Shown in pieces: positions 59,658 through 64,000 of a stretch of 64,000 bases of DNA. The stretch comes from an uncultured bacterium (GTDB lineage: Bacteria; SAR324; NAC60-12): contig CBFIGY010000002.1 in assembly GCA_965662235.1 (NCBI GenBank), positions 96,001 to 160,000 of the forward strand, in the 5' to 3' direction. Below the pieces are notes generated by a model that was not told where the DNA came from, did no database searches, and was given only the letters and a program-made list of their open reading frames with translations. Position numbers and translations under genes: made by a program. Each line of letters opens with the position of its first letter. The stretch's first letter is position 1.

Positions 59658-61076
59658 TTACTTCAGCAGGTGCATCACGGTTTCCGGAGTCTGATGAGCT
59701 TGCGCCATCGTTGACGTTCCGGAGTCCTTCATGATCTGCATCCGGGTGTTGCGTGCAACATACCGGGCGGTTCCAGAGTCCTTGATAGGGGTAAATGGAC
59801 CCTGCCGAGCCAGGTGGTCCTGTCGCAGTTTGCGCAATCCCGCCTGCAGTTGCTCCTGATTCACGAGATCAATCCGGGCCTTCGCCTGATGGACCTCCTT
59901 CAAGGCTTTTTCAACGACCTGCCGAGCATCACTGACTTCCTCCTGGCGCTCCAGTTGGATGTCCGCAAGGCAGGTGAACCCCGACGCGTTGGAGACCTGA
60001 GTCCCCAGCTCGTTGGAGCGAATGCTCTTCAGGCACAACCGGGCGCTCTGAGTGGCTCCTCCGACGTGGAGGGGCACCCCGTTTTGGAAGATGGTCACAC
60101 TGCCCACTTCTCCCAGGTTGTTACCGGTGCCGTTGAACCGCAGGCACAGTCCGCCGAGCTTGGAGGACTCCGGAGGCCCAATCAGCAGCTGACCCATTCC
60201 TCGAACGGGCTCGCCATTGATGGTTCCCACGATGTCCATCCCAGGGGTGGACTCCACCAGCAGATTCGCTTCAGGAGACAACACTCCTGAGGTGGCACTG
60301 GCCCCACTGAACCGGGAGCGGCTTCCATACTGGACGTGCCGGAAGTGAAGCACGCCTGACGGATTCCGGACCAACTCCAGCGGGAGTTCAGCCTGGCGAA
60401 TCACCAACGCCAAGCGGCGCAGGGTCGCGTCAAGATCTTCGCCCTTGCGGGTGATGAACTGAACCTCGGAGCGGCCCTCTTTCAGAACAAGACGCTCCTC
60501 ATGGTCGATGTACTCTCGGGTCAGGGGAACCTGACCTCGCAGTTCTGCTCGGGTCGCCGAGCGTTTCACCTCAACCGGGTACCCCTTGGCAGGGGAGGAA
60601 GGAATCCCTCCGTCTGCTTGGATGAACTCCAGATGCTCTCCAGACGCGAACCCCTTGAGGGCCCGGCTTCCATCGAGCAGATTCTGGGCACCGTAGTGCG
60701 TCACCGCGGCGATCCGATCAATCTCCTCAAGGTGAGCTTCAACCCGAAGTCGAGCGGCTTCCCAGATGGAGCCGTCTGCGACGGCCTGCTCCAGTTCCGC
60801 GCTCCACTCACGCAGTTCCTCTTCCACCTTCCCCAATGCATCACTTGCGGTCTGCAGCAGGGAAACATCGCTTTCGGCCTCATTGATCTGGTGAACCAGA
60901 CTGGAGGCGTGGATGCGCACTCCTTCAGAGATGTGCATCACCGCAGGCGATTCAGAAGAGGACCGTGGCTTCAGCTTCTTGAGGACCTGCGACTGGGGGC
61001 GTCCGGACTGACGTTCCGAAGAACTGCCAATCGTTGCTCCCAAGGCGACCCAATTGCTTTGCATGTTTACAGACAT
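59658..61076 (-). CDS. Highly divergent flagellin-like protein (copy 7, 472 aa)
   Basis: 'SLLQTASDAL', 'LLDGS', central domain colinear with the neighbours, C-terminal 'MAQAHQTPETVMHLLK'; strong RBS GAGGAGGT. Confidence 0.82.
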   Translation of the reverse strand: MSVNMQSNWVALGATIGSSSERQSGRPQSQVLKKLKPRSSSESPAVMHISEGVRIHASSLVHQINEAESDVSLLQTASDALGKVEEELREWSAELEQAVADGSIWEAARLRVEAHLEEIDRIAAVTHYGAQNLLDGSRALKGFASGEHLEFIQADGGIPSSPAKGYPVEVKRSATRAELRGQVPLTREYIDHEERLVLKEGRSEVQFITRKGEDLDATLRRLALVIRQAELPLELVRNPSGVLHFRHVQYGSRSRFSGASATSGVLSPEANLLVESTPGMDIVGTINGEPVRGMGQLLIGPPESSKLGGLCLRFNGTGNNLGEVGSVTIFQNGVPLHVGGATQSARLCLKSIRSNELGTQVSNASGFTCLADIQLERQEEVSDARQVVEKALKEVHQAKARIDLVNQEQLQAGLRKLRQDHLARQGPFTPIKDSGTARYVARNTRMQIMKDSGTSTMAQAHQTPETVMHLLK

Positions 61077-61164
61077 AAACCACCTCCTCAGATGGTGGCT
61101 CCGGTCCAGGCCGGAGCCTATTCAATCATTGTCATAAGCAACACTTCCTCCTTGAAAAAACTCG

Positions 61165-61178
61165 TCCCATCCTTGGGA
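61165..61178 (-). promoter_or_regulatory. CsrA-type GGA hairpin upstream of flagellin-like gene 7
   Basis: UCCC-AAGGAU-GGGA. Confidence 0.55.
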
Positions 61179-61527
61179 AATTGACTCTTAGTGCGTTAGA
61201 CCCACTCCTGCGCGCTTCTCGTTCCGAGGAGACACTGCGGGAAGGGTTGACTCCAGGCAGGTGCTTGGACGCCTTGGATTCCGCACCTTGCCCCTCACAA
61301 GGGCCTTGAGGCACGGTGGGTCCACTGACTCCTAATGAGCGGAGTCAACCACCTGCTTGCTCAAACGATTGAAGAAACGAAGCGCGCGGCGCCGTTTCCT
61401 CAAGAATGTTCTCCAGCACCACTGTTGCTCAATGCTGCTGAAGGACGTTCCTGAGTCCGCCCATCCTCCGCCCCACGCCCCCTGCTCCCGAAGGAGAAGG
61501 AGCAAGGGACTCGGGATGGAACGGGGG

Positions 61528-63135
61528 TTACTGAGCGCCGTTGAGGAGCTGCAGTACAGACTTCGGAATTTGGTTCGCCTGAGCGGCCATGGCGGTTCCT
61601 GAAGCCAGCAGGATCTGGTTCTTCGTGAACTCGCTCATTTCCTGAGCCATGTCCGAGTCGCGGATCACAGACTCGGCGTTGGTCAGCTTCTCACTGGCCA
61701 CCCGAAGGTTCCGGAGGTTGGTCTCCAGGGCGTTCTTCTGGAATGAACCCAGATTGGCGCGCAGGACGTTCACCTCTTCAATGGCTCGGTCGATCATCAG
61801 CAAGCCGTCCTGAGCCCCGTCTCCGGTTGTCAGGTCGATGTCGGCTAGGCTACGGTAACCGCTCTCATTCTCCAGCCCCTGGGCCAGCTGCTCAGAACGC
61901 AGGTCGCTGAGCGAGAACTTGATGGTCTGCTGGTAGTTGGAGCCCACCTGATAGGTCAGGGAGTTCTGGGCGACGTGGACGAAGCCGTCCACATCGTTGC
62001 CAACCAGCTCGTCGTTGGACTGCTGGACCAACTCTTGGCCCACCACGTTGCCTTGAGCATCCTTGATGTCGATGACACGCTTCTCCAGAACCTTGTCGTA
62101 CTGGACCACCAGGCCTTCCACCGGGGTGCCGGCGGCTCCCTCAAGGAACTGCCCACTGCCCACGCCAGGCTCTCCACCGATGTAACCGGCGACGTCTCGG
62201 CCGCCATCGGAGTAGGTAGCGATGTTTGCTTCCTTGGCGAGAACCCCTGCTTTGCTGGAGGTGACGCTGAAGGAAGGCTCGCTGCCGAACATTTTGTGCC
62301 GCACGTTCAGCATGCCGACGTCGTCAATGAAGACGTCCACATTGAGTCCGTTTTCGGCGGCCTTTTTGTCCAACGCTCGGGCGACCAGCTGCCGAATGTT
62401 GTTCTCGACTTCAGACTTGTCGAAGATCTCAGGAGAGAGGCGGTAGTTGTTGAGCAACTGATCGATGCTCTCCGCCATCTGCGGATCGTCGGTCTTGGTG
62501 TTCAAGCGGGCAAGGCGATTGCCTTCGTTGATCACAAAAGTGATCCCTTCGTCCAGGTCCTCAACAGTGAGGCCACGGTCGGCCACCACTTCGGTCCGGG
62601 TTGCCACCTGCTTGATGTCCACCTCATAGCCGCTCTTGGTTGGAGCGGCCTGGGTTCTTTCAGAAGCGGTGACAAAGCTGAGGCCGTTTCCGACCACGAC
62701 TCCGGAAGCGGAGTTGCTGCCATCAAACAGGGTCCGGGTGCCGAACTGTGTGTTCTTGGCAATCCGGTCCAGCGTCGAGAGCAGGTTCTCAACCTCGTTC
62801 TGGTCAGCTTGAAGCATCTTCTCGTCGTTGGCCCCTTCGTTGGCAGCGTGCAAAGCCAACTGGCGCATGTTGATGAGAATGGAACTCACTTCGCTGAGGG
62901 CGCCCTCGGCCGTTTGCACCATTGAGATGCCCGTCTCCGAGTTCTTCACCGCCTGATTCAGACCGGTGACCTGAGCTCGCATTTGCTCAGAAATCATTAA
63001 CTCTGCAGGTCCGTCTGCACCTGCATTGATCTTCATGCCTGAAGACAGACGCTGGAGGTTCTTCTCCGTTGCGTTGTTCGTCAATCCCAGGTGCCGTAAG
63101 GCGGTCATTGACGCAATATTGTGGTTCACTCGCAT
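61528..63135 (-). CDS. Flagellin (copy 8, longer, about 535 aa)
   Basis: 'MRVNHN...QRLSSGMKIN', 'AESVIRDSDMAQEM...AQANQIP'; ATG 63135 behind GAAGGAGGA. Confidence 0.94.
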   Translation of the reverse strand: MRVNHNIASMTALRHLGLTNNATEKNLQRLSSGMKINAGADGPAELMISEQMRAQVTGLNQAVKNSETGISMVQTAEGALSEVSSILINMRQLALHAANEGANDEKMLQADQNEVENLLSTLDRIAKNTQFGTRTLFDGSNSASGVVVGNGLSFVTASERTQAAPTKSGYEVDIKQVATRTEVVADRGLTVEDLDEGITFVINEGNRLARLNTKTDDPQMAESIDQLLNNYRLSPEIFDKSEVENNIRQLVARALDKKAAENGLNVDVFIDDVGMLNVRHKMFGSEPSFSVTSSKAGVLAKEANIATYSDGGRDVAGYIGGEPGVGSGQFLEGAAGTPVEGLVVQYDKVLEKRVIDIKDAQGNVVGQELVQQSNDELVGNDVDGFVHVAQNSLTYQVGSNYQQTIKFSLSDLRSEQLAQGLENESGYRSLADIDLTTGDGAQDGLLMIDRAIEEVNVLRANLGSFQKNALETNLRNLRVASEKLTNAESVIRDSDMAQEMSEFTKNQILLASGTAMAAQANQIPKSVLQLLNGAQ

Positions 63136-63249
63136 AAATCCTCCTTCAAGCGAGATGTTCCCCGAAAGCACTTAACCGAACCCATCCCTGAACCGGTAAG
63201 TGGAATGAAAATAAAATTTACTTGATAAAATAAACCGAACCCTGTGAAT

Positions 63250-64000
63250 GACCCGGCGGAGCGTTCAGTCAGGCGAACACTGCGCCGCTGCCGACAACCG
63301 TTGGACCGTTGGACGAAGCCATTCGGACCCTCTGCGGACTAGACTGAATTCAGAATTCAGTTCGCCGTGCCAGAGAGGCTCCCGAGGAGTCTGCCAAGTT
63401 GATTCACTTCGGCGCTCAGACTGCAGAGCAGTCCAGACCGAGGCATCCGCAACTCAGCGCCCTCTCCTGTGAGACACTCGCGCAGCTCGAGGATCCTGCA
63501 AAGTCACTCGCTTCACGAAGGAGGACTTTAACGAAGCCTGCGAGCCAACACCTCGGCGGTCAAGCGTCTGGGCCGTCACAACCCTCCGGACTCCCATGCA
63601 GGAGTGCATGGCGGATGGTTGGGGGCGCCAGGGCCAAGGAGCCGGGATTCAGCTCGGCGTCCCTCAACATGGTGCGTTGAGGCAAACGAGTGCGTTCCCG
63701 TCCGAGGCCCGTGTCAGATCCGGATTCAGTTCGACGTCCCTCACCGAAGTGAGGCAGACGACTGGGCTCCTGTTCTGCACAGACGACCGATTGGTGCGTC
63801 GCATTTCTGTGAGCGGCACGATCCTGAGGACGCACTTCCTGGTTGCAGGAGAAGCAACGTGCGGGGAGACGCTTCCGGGTCGCTCTGGTTTCAGAGTAAC
63901 CGGAGGAGTCACATCGCACACTTCGACGTCCGAATCAGAACGCGTATCCGTCACAAGACACACGACGAGGTTCTCACAAAGGTGACCTCATGGACTCCGA
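63250..64000 (-). ncRNA. Candidate long structured non-coding RNA or leader built from repeated motif-plus-hairpin units (may extend past the window end)
   Basis: No credible ORF; plus-strand motif GATTCA(G/C)YTCGNCG at 63353, 63401, 63646 and 63723, each followed by a different but base-paired hairpin; C(UUCG)G loop on the minus strand. Confidence 0.45.

Noticed and set aside
59658..61076. Calling flagellin-like gene 7 a pseudogene
   Set aside because: The ORF is intact and full length, with a strong RBS and a conserved C-terminus.
63523..63529. RNase P RNA core (AAAGUCC on the minus strand)
   Set aside because: The preceding GAGGA and the other conserved regions are absent.
63340..63960. 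CRISPR array or integron attC array
   Set aside because: Repeats are short, degenerate and irregularly spaced (48, 245, 77 bp). There are no constant-length spacers, no cassette ORFs and no cas or intI gene in the window.
63248..63985. Short ORFs on both strands (74-129 aa)
   Set aside because: They overlap one another, have no convincing RBS and have Arg/Ser/Pro-rich shadow-ORF composition.

Overview
64-kb chromosomal window from a GC-rich Gram-negative bacterium. Gene content and flagellin type suggest a deltaproteobacterial/SAR324-like lineage (inference only). Positions 1-48.7 kb are mostly housekeeping and envelope genes: nagZ, a UvrD/PcrA helicase, an RluD-like synthase, phoBR, paaK, lptD, argS, infA, glyQS, hemJ, rplM-rpsI and rplY-pth-ychF-rpsF-rpsR-rplI-dnaB. 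They are interspersed with c-di-GMP signalling genes (cNMP-GGDEF, GAF-HD-GYP, a degenerate stand-alone EAL) and two FG-GAP-repeat surface proteins. Positions 48.8-63.1 kb are a tandem array of eight minus-strand flagellin-family genes, one of them strongly degenerate. Each of the eight leaders carries at least one ANGGA motif, usually in a hairpin, resembling a CsrA site. Upstream of the array (63.25 kb to the window end) is an apparently non-coding, hairpin-rich region built from a recurring motif plus a variable stem-loop, a candidate undescribed structured RNA. The palindrome TCCGGA also appears strongly over-represented (about 29 copies by eye in the first 10 kb), reminiscent of cyanobacterial HIP1. 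No rRNA, tRNA, CRISPR array or mobile element was recognised.
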